From the IMG/VR virus record IMGVR_UViG_3300011008_000093: a stretch of DNA of 64,000 bases, one strand, 5' to 3'. Made by a program: the position numbers and the translations under genes. Under the pieces are notes generated by a model. The model worked only from the letters and a program-made list of their open reading frames with translations. It was not told the DNA's origin and ran no database searches. Shown here piece by piece: positions 1 to 9,215 of this stretch (positions are counted from its first letter, which is position 1; each line of letters starts with the position of its first letter). The DNA is from an uncultured virus (IMG/VR IMGVR_UViG_3300011008_000093) (taxonomy: Duplodnaviria; Heunggongvirae; Uroviricota; Caudoviricetes).

Positions 1-96
1 CAGAGCCGCGCCGATCATGGCATAAACGACCGTCTTCTGCTTTTCCGTCAGTGTGTCGAATACGTCCTGCAGAGTCTCCCCTTCGGAATCCTCTTC
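1..96. repeat. Exact 96-bp copy of 59507-59602 (inside the capsid gene)
   Basis: Base-for-base match cagagccgcg...ggaatcctcttc, then divergence; lies at the window edge, so a chimeric contig end is plausible. Confidence 0.9.
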
Positions 97-257
97 CTTC
101 TTGACCCGATGATAACAGCCGCATGCCGGGCAAATGGCATAGCCAGGTTTTTCTCTGGATTCCACAACCTCATAACGCTTTTTGTGAGGCGGAAATTTTG
201 TGCACAGAACAGTTCCAGTAATGGGTTTCATAGTTTCTCCTCCTAACGTATCGATCT

Positions 258-797
258 TTACGCACCGTCAGATTCGAGAGTGATAATTTCGTTGTATGGC
301 AGACCTTTGATCCAGTCGCAGAAGCCATGCCATTCATCAAGTTTATGGTTTTTACGTTTTGGATAAATGCCCGCAAGAACTTCATAATTCATCATCACCG
401 TACGTTTCTGATTAAATGAAGCAGGAAGAAGCTGAATCATCTGCCACCAATACCGTTTATCTTTTGTCTCCAGAAACATCTTTCTGGCCTGGTTCAGCAT
501 ATCGATCGTATCTTTGAGAATATCCAGAGGATCCTGAATCAAACTGCCTTCGTTTTGAATATTAATACCGATAAGAGGAATATCAATACCTGCTTCCGGC
601 TCTTCAAACAGTTTGTCCATGAACAGAAGATGATCATAACTGAAATCATCCAGTTCAAATTCTTTATATCTGGCATCATCATACTCTGGACTGTCAAAAA
701 ATAGACTGTCCGATTTCTCCCATGAATTCATTGGATTTCGCATACCGCGAATTGCCGGTTCCCAACCAACAACTTGTGTGTTTTCAATTTTGATCAT
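258..797 (-). CDS. ThyX-like phage protein, apparently with an internal deletion
   Basis: AIRGMRNPMNSWEKSDS N-terminus and YWWQMIQLLP...QKRTV...RKNHKLDEW C-terminus of a recurrent phage ThyX-like family; RBS aaggag. Confidence 0.55.
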   Translation of the reverse strand: MIKIENTQVVGWEPAIRGMRNPMNSWEKSDSLFFDSPEYDDARYKEFELDDFSYDHLLFMDKLFEEPEAGIDIPLIGINIQNEGSLIQDPLDILKDTIDMLNQARKMFLETKDKRYWWQMIQLLPASFNQKRTVMMNYEVLAGIYPKRKNHKLDEWHGFCDWIKGLPYNEIITLESDGA

Positions 798-829
798 CTT
801 TTATCTCCTTTTCAAAATATCATTTTTTG

Positions 830-1237
830 TTAAGTCTCAAACTCAATGTCGAATGTTCCCGAGACGATTTTTTCCGGCAAGAATGTGATTTGATAACGGA
901 AATCATCTACTTCCGAACCAGTGCCGATATCTTCTACCACATAAGTCACTTCATTACTCAGATGTACATAGGATTTACGGTACTTATTTTCATCAACCTG
1001 ATAGATGATCGTCAGATCATTATCAGCGTCAACACTGATGCTTGCCAGGGCTTCCAATTGAAGCAACACCGTATCTGTTCTGGTGTTAAATACTGTCACG
1101 CGACGATACACATTGAAATTATCGGCTTCCACACTGACATTATGAGAAGCATAATAGCTTTGTCTGCAGCCGCAAAATAGAATACCGATAAACACAAATA
1201 TAAATAGAATTACTGCCGTTTTTGTTTTATACTTCAC
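830..1237 (-). CDS. Putative lipoprotein
   Basis: Basic N-terminus, hydrophobic stretch, lipobox-like LFCGC. Confidence 0.6.
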   Translation of the reverse strand: MKYKTKTAVILFIFVFIGILFCGCRQSYYASHNVSVEADNFNVYRRVTVFNTRTDTVLLQLEALASISVDADNDLTIIYQVDENKYRKSYVHLSNEVTYVVEDIGTGSEVDDFRYQITFLPEKIVSGTFDIEFET

Positions 1238-1503
1238 AGTTTATCCTCCTTATTCAAACCTCTATCACAATATCCATAAGGGTCAATGCTGACTCCGAAT
1301 AATTTACACTGGCACCAGGCTCCGGATGAGTTTTCACCAATATCAACATGTCTGCAGTTGACACAGCGCACTACTCGGACGGCGTCGACAGCGGGGACTC
1401 GTTCAATAGCGGCCTTCATAATATCACCAAGCTTTGCCGGCGCATATTTTGGGGTCAATTCGACGATCACATCTCCGCGCCGAATTAAATCATCGTTGGA
1501 CAT
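1234..1503 (-). CDS. Small Zn-finger protein (DLIxR...PAVDAVxVVRCxxC family)
   Basis: Shared motif with the paralogues at 6383 and 25195-27272. Confidence 0.7.
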   Translation of the reverse strand: MSNDDLIRRGDVIVELTPKYAPAKLGDIMKAAIERVPAVDAVRVVRCVNCRHVDIGENSSGAWCQCKLFGVSIDPYGYCDRGLNKEDKL

Positions 1504-1579
1504 GTTTGCCCTCCTTATTAAATGGGCTTTCTTTCGGATTATCTTTTAACAGATTCTTTTTTGTCATGCTGTACCTCCT

Positions 1580-1912
1580 TCAGCACAAGATATATCGGTC
1601 CGTAATCCTAGGCATCAATTCGGTAATTTGCTCATCTGTAAGACTGACAAATTCACCGTCTTCAGAGTCAAGACCAACCACAAAAGCAGGCCCACAGAGA
1701 ATATCATCCGGCTGATCATCAATAAACACCATTCGGTTTTCCATAAGATCAAGAATCTTACCCTCTTCGTTGACAATTATTCCAACTGTATTATCTTTAA
1801 ACGGACAAAACAGTTCAATTAAACCACCGACAATCTTCTGCATTCCCTTCAGGCTGCCGTCAATTTCTTTGACTTCCGCAGGTTTTCCGACTTCCATCAT
1901 GATAACTTTCAT
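1580..1912 (-). CDS. DUF3846-like protein
   Basis: LKGMQKIVGGLIE...IIVNEEGK...NR...DILCGPAFVVG signature; RBS before MKVIMM. Confidence 0.7.
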   Translation of the reverse strand: MKVIMMEVGKPAEVKEIDGSLKGMQKIVGGLIELFCPFKDNTVGIIVNEEGKILDLMENRMVFIDDQPDDILCGPAFVVGLDSEDGEFVSLTDEQITELMPRITDRYILC

Positions 1913-1934
1913 ACTTATTTCTCCTTTACCAAAA

Positions 1935-2207
1935 TTAACAGGCGGGCTCATCAATTCCCCATGTAGACATATCCATTAAATCGTATTCTGTGCCACATTT
2001 TTTACAAACAACCTTTGCCTCACCATACCAATATAAAATAGATTCACATTCGGAACATTTAAAAGTTATAGGTTCATGAAGCGGATTTAAATTTTGAATA
2101 TAAGAAGGAGCAGTCAGTGTGTTAGAATCCAATACAAATAAATCGTATTCTGTAGCAGGCACAGAATTCCAGCTTGAATTTTGATCAGTGGAAATCATAT
2201 AATTCAT
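1935..2207 (-). CDS. Hypothetical Zn-ribbon protein
   Basis: CSEC...CKKC; RBS aaggag. Confidence 0.55.
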   Translation of the reverse strand: MNYMISTDQNSSWNSVPATEYDLFVLDSNTLTAPSYIQNLNPLHEPITFKCSECESILYWYGEAKVVCKKCGTEYDLMDMSTWGIDEPAC

Positions 2208-2224
2208 TCTCCTTTACTAAAATA

Positions 2225-2629
2225 TCATTGAATAAGTTGAATCCAAAGTTGCCATACCATGATAATTTGAAACAAATGTATCCCTTGATCTTCGAATAAA
2301 TTGATTGTATGGAGATTTGCTTTCTCATGATCAGTAATGGCATGTATAATAACACATGCTATAAAAAATGCTAAGAATACTAGAAAGATAAGTGTCGATA
2401 TAGGACTTCCACAAATATAAGCGTAAATTATGCAAGGAATGTGAATTGCAAAAGCCCAGGAGAAAGAATGGGCGATTAGAGTAACAATATAATCACGCTC
2501 ATACATTTTATCCGGTGCGTGCTCCTTCCACCACTGTTTTTGTTTCATGTTGGCCAAAACACCCTGAATGTGAAAGTCATCTATAATATGACATTCGATC
2601 ATAGCGAGAAGAATGATTATTTCTATCAT
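2225..2629 (-). CDS. DUF3307-like membrane protein
   Basis: HIIDDFHIQG...H...HAITD...DQGIH pattern with TM helices. Confidence 0.7.
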   Translation of the reverse strand: MIEIIILLAMIECHIIDDFHIQGVLANMKQKQWWKEHAPDKMYERDYIVTLIAHSFSWAFAIHIPCIIYAYICGSPISTLIFLVFLAFFIACVIIHAITDHEKANLHTINLFEDQGIHLFQIIMVWQLWIQLIQ

Positions 2630-2946
2630 TTGTCTTCCTCTTTCATCAGCCGACTGACCCAGCGCTGTCTCTTGATATCGACAATATCGTCCAGCTCTTT
2701 TTCGAAAACTCCTCCGTCGAGAATTTTCAGGGTTTTCAAACATAAGACCACGTCCGCAGCCTCTTCCATCAAATTATTCTCGCAATCAGAATATAAAGTC
2801 GGTGTGGGATTGGTTCCGGTTATCTTTCTGTGCAGCTTTAATGCAGCGTGACTGAGTTCGGAGCATTCTTCCGCCAGTTGGAGCAGAAGATCTTTTCGAT
2901 TCAAATGGGTTTGAATCATATCAATTTCATTTTTTACTTGTTCCAT
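2626..2946 (-). CDS. MazG-like NTP pyrophosphohydrolase
   Basis: QLAEECSEL...LMEEAADV (ExxE...ExxD). Confidence 0.7.
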   Translation of the reverse strand: MEQVKNEIDMIQTHLNRKDLLLQLAEECSELSHAALKLHRKITGTNPTPTLYSDCENNLMEEAADVVLCLKTLKILDGGVFEKELDDIVDIKRQRWVSRLMKEEDK

Positions 2947-3008
2947 CTAATGTTAATACCTTTCTAGCTATTTTATATTTATTAAATTGCCGGATTAACT
3001 ATATCCCT

Positions 3009-3755
3009 TTACCGAGGATTCGGAGCAGGTTGACACATTAATACCGACTCTTTACAAGCATTTATCGCAGCTATTCTGACTTTGCGATCGTCATCCTGAA
3101 GCCCTTTCTCAATTACTTCCAAAGGTACATCTCTGCCTTTACAAGCCCTCATCGCAGCTACTCTGACGTACCAACTACTATCCTGAAGCCCCTTCTCAAT
3201 TACTTCCAAAGGCACGTCTCTGCCTTCACAAGCATTCATCGCAGCTGCTCTGACATCGCAATCGTCATCCTGAAGCCCCTTCTCAATTACTTCCAAAGGC
3301 ACATCTCTGCCTTCACAAGCCCTCATCGCAGCTACTCTGACAGACCAATCGTCATCCTGAAGCCCTTTCTTAATTGCTTCCAGACTTTCATCATATGGGA
3401 TTGTCGACGATGGTACACTACAAACATCAAAATTATCTGAATAATGTGTTGCTAAACAACTTTGTTTGGCGCTTTTCTGATTGTCGGCAATTTCACCGCC
3501 GCAGGCAATGTAACCTGCCGCATCGACAAAACTGTCTTCAGTAGCTGTTCCAGTACGGATCCTGGCAATTTTAAGTAACGTCATCATCATTGACACGTCA
3601 AGAGCGGTAAATTTATGCCCATAATAAGCGCTCCACAGATCGGCAATAATCTGAAAATTGTTTTCCGGACTGCCATAGTCTTGTTCACGCTGTCCACAAA
3701 CACACTTCTTTGCGGTATCAAGAATTTCAGGTCTGTTCATCTTATTAACCTCCAT
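3009..3755 (-). CDS. DUF6378-like domain fused to 4 HEAT-like repeats
   Basis: REQDYGSPENNF..IADLWSAY...LLKIAR...DSFVDAAGY, followed by 29-aa repeats. Confidence 0.8.
   Translation of the reverse strand: MEVNKMNRPEILDTAKKCVCGQREQDYGSPENNFQIIADLWSAYYGHKFTALDVSMMMTLLKIARIRTGTATEDSFVDAAGYIACGGEIADNQKSAKQSCLATHYSDNFDVCSVPSSTIPYDESLEAIKKGLQDDDWSVRVAAMRACEGRDVPLEVIEKGLQDDDCDVRAAAMNACEGRDVPLEVIEKGLQDSSWYVRVAAMRACKGRDVPLEVIEKGLQDDDRKVRIAAINACKESVLMCQPAPNPR
3051..3381 (-). repeat. 87-bp coding tandem repeat (HEAT-like), 4 units
   Basis: Unit DVPLEVIEKGLQDxxxxVRxAAMxACxGR. Confidence 0.9.
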
Positions 3756-3955
3756 TTAAATATACATAAGTGCTTTGACTGATTCTTCACAGCCAAAGCA
3801 CCCTTTGCAGTTTTGTTTATAATGTTCTTTCATTCCTTGCAGATACGCCCAACTGCATTTGATGTATTTCTCGTCTTTTTCGTTTAGCACCACGCAACAT
3901 TCTTTAATGGTGCTTGGGTCGACCGAATCATCATAAACAGCACCTGTAAAAAAGC

Positions 3956-4867
3956 CTAGCTTTGGAATTTCTTTTCATCCTTTCTTGTCGTCTTGCGTTC
4001 CTCATATTCTTCTTTTTCAATTGGAACCATTTTGTCATTTTCGTCTTCTTTGAAATACCGATTCAGATCGATTTTCAGACCTTCCGGCGTCAAAATATAA
4101 AGGTATGCAATCGTATCGTAGTCCCCACGACCTCCTTCTGTCAGGAACTCTTCTACAAATACTTTATATTGTTTAGCAGAAGGCATATAAGGCATGGAAA
4201 CAGGAAATAACTTATCGATCAATCTTGTAGCAAGTCCGTTGTGAAATTGAGTATTCGGAGATTGAATGTCAACACAAGTGATACGATTAATATCGCTGTA
4301 TGTTGCGGTTCCTTCTGGATTCACTTTTTTAAACAAGGAAGACATCCGCTTATGTTGGTATTCACGATCACCTTTATCATTCCAGGTGATCTCGTTCCAG
4401 GAGTTGTCCGTATCATCAACCGGAGTCAAAGGTTTGCCGTCAATCAAACGATTCAGAACACTTTTGGTCAACTGAATACTGAAACCGCTGTGATTGTCCT
4501 GCATGAGAGTTTGGTACGCCTGGTATGCGCTTTCGTAACAAGCCGCGCCGTATTTCCAGTCATCCGTGCCGTTTGCCGCTTCTTTTTCCGTTGAAATCGC
4601 TAAGTCGATTTCTTTTTTGGCCCAATCATCCGGTTCCTGCTTTTGAATTGAAATCGGCTGAATTTTCAGTTCGTTTCGCATATCATCCATGATAACGTTC
4701 AAAACAGGCATGAGCGCCTGCTTTTCCAGGAACGTGATCTTTCCGGAATTACATCCGTTGATCATATCAGCCTGAAGTCTTTGAATCTCGATAAACTTGT
4801 CATGAGTTGGTGTAATATGAGCAAAGTCATTTAACTTTGCCAGATACTTTTTGAATAGCTTGTTCAT
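3956..4867 (-). CDS. Hypothetical phage protein
   Basis: 303-aa ORF with RBS; HSGFS motif. Confidence 0.7.
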   Translation of the reverse strand: MNKLFKKYLAKLNDFAHITPTHDKFIEIQRLQADMINGCNSGKITFLEKQALMPVLNVIMDDMRNELKIQPISIQKQEPDDWAKKEIDLAISTEKEAANGTDDWKYGAACYESAYQAYQTLMQDNHSGFSIQLTKSVLNRLIDGKPLTPVDDTDNSWNEITWNDKGDREYQHKRMSSLFKKVNPEGTATYSDINRITCVDIQSPNTQFHNGLATRLIDKLFPVSMPYMPSAKQYKVFVEEFLTEGGRGDYDTIAYLYILTPEGLKIDLNRYFKEDENDKMVPIEKEEYEERKTTRKDEKKFQS

Positions 4868-5071
4868 TCTATTTCTCCTTTTTGTAAAATATCACAAACG
4901 CATCAATAAAAGCTGTTCACTATCTTCATTGACTCTTTGAGATTGCAGCCAGGCACGATACTCCAGAATCATCTCACGCCAGGCTTTATCAATGTACTCT
5001 TCTGACAGATAAGCATCAATCAGAGACAGTTTTTCTTTTATGGTCATAAGCCTTGTCCCCCGTTCCAAATA

Positions 5072-6376
5072 TCAATCATAGCTTTCCTGCTTCCCTAACT
5101 CTCGAAGCTGGATAAAAATCGGAAATTGCAAACTAGGCTTTCCGGTTTCCTTATCCCGACTCTCTTCCTTGTACTTAACCTCAATCACTCGATCAATTAA
5201 GTTTTCACGGTCTTCCCAGAATATCATTCTTTGTTCGTCCGTCATGCCGGAGCCAACACGAAGAATGTTGTCCTTATAACGAACTACAAATGCACCAAGC
5301 GTCCCCTTCAGCCGTCCAGACCCTTCTTCAAAGTCGATGATTTGAAGATCTACCGTATAGAACCGCTTTACTTTCAGAATACCACCGTGTCGTTTCCTAT
5401 AATACTTGGTATCCCGATTCAGCATCAGTCCTTCCTTGTCTTCTGCGACCATTTCGTCCAGGCAAATATCAATCATAGATTGATCTGTACCACTATACAG
5501 GATATCCACAACCGCAACAGATTCCAGGTCCAGGAAACTGATCAGATCTGAAAGCTCCTGTAATTTTTCCATTCTGCTTTTGTAAGTTAATCGGCTTTCC
5601 CCCCGAATAAATTCTTCCTTTGGCAAAATATCAAAGATCACAAACTGAATCGAGCTCTTATCGCCGTCATCCTGATTGATGATGCCAGCAGTAATTCTAA
5701 AATTTTCATTGTCTGAAACATTGTCTGTGTTGTTTCGGATCAGCTCCCCATCGAGAACCCACTCTCCAACAATTAAAGCGTGAATATCATCTATGATATG
5801 ATCCAAACCAGTGAATTCTTTGCCCTGACGACCAATTAGTTTTCCTTCAAAGAATGTACCTCTTACACCATTCAGCTTTTGACTCAAACTAAACCATTCA
5901 TTATCATTCAGAGGTACTTTACCGATCTGATACGCCTGCTGGACCTCCCAAATCGGAATCAAATCATATCCAAACGCAGCGTTGACAGTTTTGGCGTCGC
6001 ATCCAAAACGAATGGATTTGGTAATGATGGAAATATAAAAATCCTGTAACTCCGGGTTTTTCCCTTCCAAAAAGAAATACACATTTTCCAACACTTTTTC
6101 GGAACCCGTATGATTGTTACGAATATAATTCATCAGTTCGTGAAAACTGTCGAAGCAGAGCGTTGGCTTTTCTGACTTAGTATTTCGCCCATATTTGTTG
6201 ATTTTTTTCTCTGAAATACCAGTCACAAAGAAAGGATTCAAAAGATAGTCTAAAAATCTTTTTATATTTTGGTCGTCCCGTTTTTCAGCAAGCAGCTTCT
6301 TCTTTTCCAGAATTGATGACGTTTGAGCCAAAATATCAAAGAATTGTTTGACCTCCAGATCGGTGGAGTTTGTCAA
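5072..6376 (-). CDS. ATP-dependent DNA ligase
   Basis: Motif I QKLNGVR, LDGEL, FDIL, EGLM, LKVK, C-terminal OB fold (GSG, LQFPIF). Confidence 0.93.
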   Translation of the reverse strand: MTNSTDLEVKQFFDILAQTSSILEKKKLLAEKRDDQNIKRFLDYLLNPFFVTGISEKKINKYGRNTKSEKPTLCFDSFHELMNYIRNNHTGSEKVLENVYFFLEGKNPELQDFYISIITKSIRFGCDAKTVNAAFGYDLIPIWEVQQAYQIGKVPLNDNEWFSLSQKLNGVRGTFFEGKLIGRQGKEFTGLDHIIDDIHALIVGEWVLDGELIRNNTDNVSDNENFRITAGIINQDDGDKSSIQFVIFDILPKEEFIRGESRLTYKSRMEKLQELSDLISFLDLESVAVVDILYSGTDQSMIDICLDEMVAEDKEGLMLNRDTKYYRKRHGGILKVKRFYTVDLQIIDFEEGSGRLKGTLGAFVVRYKDNILRVGSGMTDEQRMIFWEDRENLIDRVIEVKYKEESRDKETGKPSLQFPIFIQLRELGKQESYD

Positions 6377-6382
6377 TCTCTT

Positions 6383-6778
6383 TCACCTCCATATCTTTTC
6401 CGGATTTTTCCCGCCGGAATTTTTATCCATACATCCCCCGCAGGCAGGACAATATTTATATCTGGGAAACTCCCATGTTTCGACTACAACACCACACTCT
6501 GAGCAATGCCAGTCTTCGTATTCTCGTACTACCGTTCCATCTATAAGGACAGTACAACAGATCTCTCTTCCGGGTATCCACTGTCCATGTTTCACCTCTG
6601 CCACATCGGCGGTAGGAAGCGCTCTTAGAGCATCTATCTCTGCACAGCCACCATAGAGATGGTTCCAATACTCACAATTAGCCTGCCTATACTCCTCCAT
6701 CCGGCCGCATGAATCGCACACAGCTTTTAGAGCCGCCTCCCGGCTAATATACTCGGCCATTTTCATTGCGTTGTCCAT
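6383..6778 (-). CDS. Zn-finger protein (PTADVAEVKHGQW...CSEC...YCPACG)
   Basis: Same family as 26612-26938. Confidence 0.7.
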   Translation of the reverse strand: MDNAMKMAEYISREAALKAVCDSCGRMEEYRQANCEYWNHLYGGCAEIDALRALPTADVAEVKHGQWIPGREICCTVLIDGTVVREYEDWHCSECGVVVETWEFPRYKYCPACGGCMDKNSGGKNPEKIWR

Positions 6779-7998
6779 CCTACAAACTTCCCTTCATTAA
6801 AGTTTTTCTTTTGTTGAAGTGCCTTGCTGATGGCAAGGTCGATACCGGATTTGCTTTTCAGATGATAATACCATAAGTCCGTATAAGGTGTTGTAAGGCG
6901 ATCGATCCGTCCGGATGCCTGAACCGCAACTTTATAAGAGTATTGTTGGGAATAAAATATAATGGTGTCTGTCGTGATACAGTTCCAGCCTTCGCACCCG
7001 GCGGTATACTGAACCAGATAAACCCATCGTTTTCCGGTTGGGATTTCCTGATGTTTCCGTCCGTTCCATTCTGCGATCTCCGTTTCCTTCTCATAAGGCA
7101 GAGACCGGAGAATATCAAGTTCATAATTATGACTGTAGAAGATAATGACCTTGGGATGATCGTTCAGGATCTTCAGCAATGCTGCGGCTCTGGACGGGTC
7201 TTCGTTCACAACACGGCGCAGACCATAACACAACTCTGCTGCCGTTTCGATCGGTTTCTCTTCCCAGGGATTCCAACGGGTCCGCATAATGTCCTTATAT
7301 TTGAACATATCGTAGTCCACAATAACGTTTTCATGGTGGGACACAGTTTGCCGCTTAAAGTCCATGGTGACAAGAATACTGTTCCGCAGACGAATAAGTC
7401 GTCCCGTGTTTCGATAGCTGTCCACCTTCGGATACTTGCCATAGGGATCCCATTTGTAGTTGATGTGTTCGTCAACAAAATGCGTCTTGTTCCGATAGAA
7501 ACCATTGGCTATAAAGACCGGAATATAATCTTCCCATTTGTCTCCGGGCGTTGCGGAAAGAAGGATCCAGTCGTTTGTCCTGGCGATTTTCAGAAAAGCT
7601 TTGGTCCAGGCTCCGTATCCGATGACCCGCTGTTCATCAAATATAAAGAAAGAATTTTTGACTTCCTTGTATTTACCGATGTTGTTCCAGGAATCCACGA
7701 CCACGGTATTATGATAGTAATTTGATTCCGGATGAACGGAGAGGAGGAAAGGCGCTAACTCTCCTCCCCATTCGCAGGTATCCCGCTTTCTGGCTGTTGT
7801 AATGATGTAAAGGTCCTTAGGATCTGTCATGGAAGTATAATCTTCAGAACCAATGGTTCCGCCTTGCAGCTGATAGTAATAGGCCAAAGCTGTTCTGGAT
7901 TTACCACTCCCAACGCCTCCGCATAAAATGCAGCCGTTTTTCATCCGTTTGACAGCGTCGAGCTGGTAATTATAAAGAGATATGCCAGCCATAATCAA
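6763..7998 (-). CDS. Superfamily 2 helicase
   Basis: GGVGSGKS, IFDEQ, LSATP, QASGRIDR. Confidence 0.9.
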   Translation of the reverse strand: MIMAGISLYNYQLDAVKRMKNGCILCGGVGSGKSRTALAYYYQLQGGTIGSEDYTSMTDPKDLYIITTARKRDTCEWGGELAPFLLSVHPESNYYHNTVVVDSWNNIGKYKEVKNSFFIFDEQRVIGYGAWTKAFLKIARTNDWILLSATPGDKWEDYIPVFIANGFYRNKTHFVDEHINYKWDPYGKYPKVDSYRNTGRLIRLRNSILVTMDFKRQTVSHHENVIVDYDMFKYKDIMRTRWNPWEEKPIETAAELCYGLRRVVNEDPSRAAALLKILNDHPKVIIFYSHNYELDILRSLPYEKETEIAEWNGRKHQEIPTGKRWVYLVQYTAGCEGWNCITTDTIIFYSQQYSYKVAVQASGRIDRLTTPYTDLWYYHLKSKSGIDLAISKALQQKKNFNEGKFVGWTTQ

Positions 7999-9200
7999 TA
8001 TTTAAGTGCTTCTTCAAGTGTACAGAAGAAGTGAAAACCAGTAGAGCATTCTTCATTGCTGTAATCGAAATTATCAATTTCGATTATGTCTCCGACATGA
8101 TAGAAAGTTTTTAAATCATATCTGGAAATACCAATTGGTTCATTACGAACAGAACCGAATATATTTGTAATAATAGCTTTATTTGCTCTACATTTACGAT
8201 AATAATCACCGCGGACCTGAGCATCTTTCGGGATAGATGCTTCGACAATAACACCGCAAAGGCACTTCTTATAAACTCGTTCGGGCGGTTCGAATGTCCG
8301 GATTAAAGGCACGTCTCTGCCTTCACAAGCCTTCATCGCGGCTACTCTGACACGCCAATCGCTATCCTGAAGCCCTTTCTCAATTACTTCCAAAGGCACG
8401 TCTCTGCCTTTACAAGCATTCATCGCAGCTGCTCTGACATCGCAATCGCTATCCTGAAGCCCTTTCTCAATTACTTCCAAAGGCACGTCTCTGCCTTCAC
8501 AAGCATTCATCGCGGCTTCTCTGACACACCGATCGTCATCCTGAAGCCATTTCTCAATTACTTCCAAAGGCACGTCTCTGCCTTCACAAGCCCTCATCGC
8601 GGCTGCTCTGACATAGCAATTGTCATCCCGAAGCCATTTCTCAATTACTTCCAAAGGCACGTCTCTGCCTTCACAAGCATTCATCGCGGCTGCTCTGACA
8701 TACCGATCGTCATCCTGAAGCCCTTTCTCAATTACTTCCAAAGGCACGTCTCTGCCTTCACAAGCCCTCATCGCAGCTGCTCTGACATCGCAATCGTCAT
8801 CCTGAAGCCATTTCTCAATTACTTCCAAAGGCACGTCTCTGCCTTCACAAGCCCTCATCGCAGCTGCTCTGACATCGCAATCGTCATCCTGAAGCCCTTT
8901 CTCAATTACTTCCAAAGGCACGTCTCTGCCTTTACAAGCATTCATCGCAGCTGCTCTGACACACCAATCGTCATCCTGAAGCCATTTCTCAATTACTTCC
9001 AAAGGCACGTCTCTGCCTTCACAAGCATTCATCGCGGCTGCTCTGACATACCGATCGTCATCCCGAAGCCCCTTCTCAATTACTTCCAAAGGCACGTCTC
9101 TGCCTTCACAAGCATTCATCGCGGCTTCTCTGACACACCGATCGTCATCCTGAAGCCATTTCTCAATTACGTCGAAACTTATTTTTTGATAAATGCTCAT
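7995..9200 (-). CDS. 10 HEAT-like repeats + C-terminal DUF5758-like domain
   Basis: Repeats followed by YKKC...IPKDA...RKCRANKA...SRYD...YHVG...ECSTGFHFF. Confidence 0.85.
   Translation of the reverse strand: MSIYQKISFDVIEKWLQDDDRCVREAAMNACEGRDVPLEVIEKGLRDDDRYVRAAAMNACEGRDVPLEVIEKWLQDDDWCVRAAAMNACKGRDVPLEVIEKGLQDDDCDVRAAAMRACEGRDVPLEVIEKWLQDDDCDVRAAAMRACEGRDVPLEVIEKGLQDDDRYVRAAAMNACEGRDVPLEVIEKWLRDDNCYVRAAAMRACEGRDVPLEVIEKWLQDDDRCVREAAMNACEGRDVPLEVIEKGLQDSDCDVRAAAMNACKGRDVPLEVIEKGLQDSDWRVRVAAMKACEGRDVPLIRTFEPPERVYKKCLCGVIVEASIPKDAQVRGDYYRKCRANKAIITNIFGSVRNEPIGISRYDLKTFYHVGDIIEIDNFDYSNEECSTGFHFFCTLEEALKY
8305..9170 (-). repeat. 87-bp coding tandem repeat (HEAT-like), 10 units
   Basis: Near-identical nucleotide units ttctcaattacttccaaaggcacgtctctgcctt(c/t)acaagc... 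Confidence 0.95.
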
Positions 9201-9215
9201 ACGTTATTTCCTTTC

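Noticed and set aside
3756..3978. Possible 73-aa gene broken by one extra base in an A6 run near 3948
   Set aside because: No recognisable homology; cannot distinguish pseudogene, sequencing error or chance
8305..9170. 87-bp arrays as CRISPR arrays
   Set aside because: No unique spacers; the period is a multiple of 3 inside open frames; no cas genes
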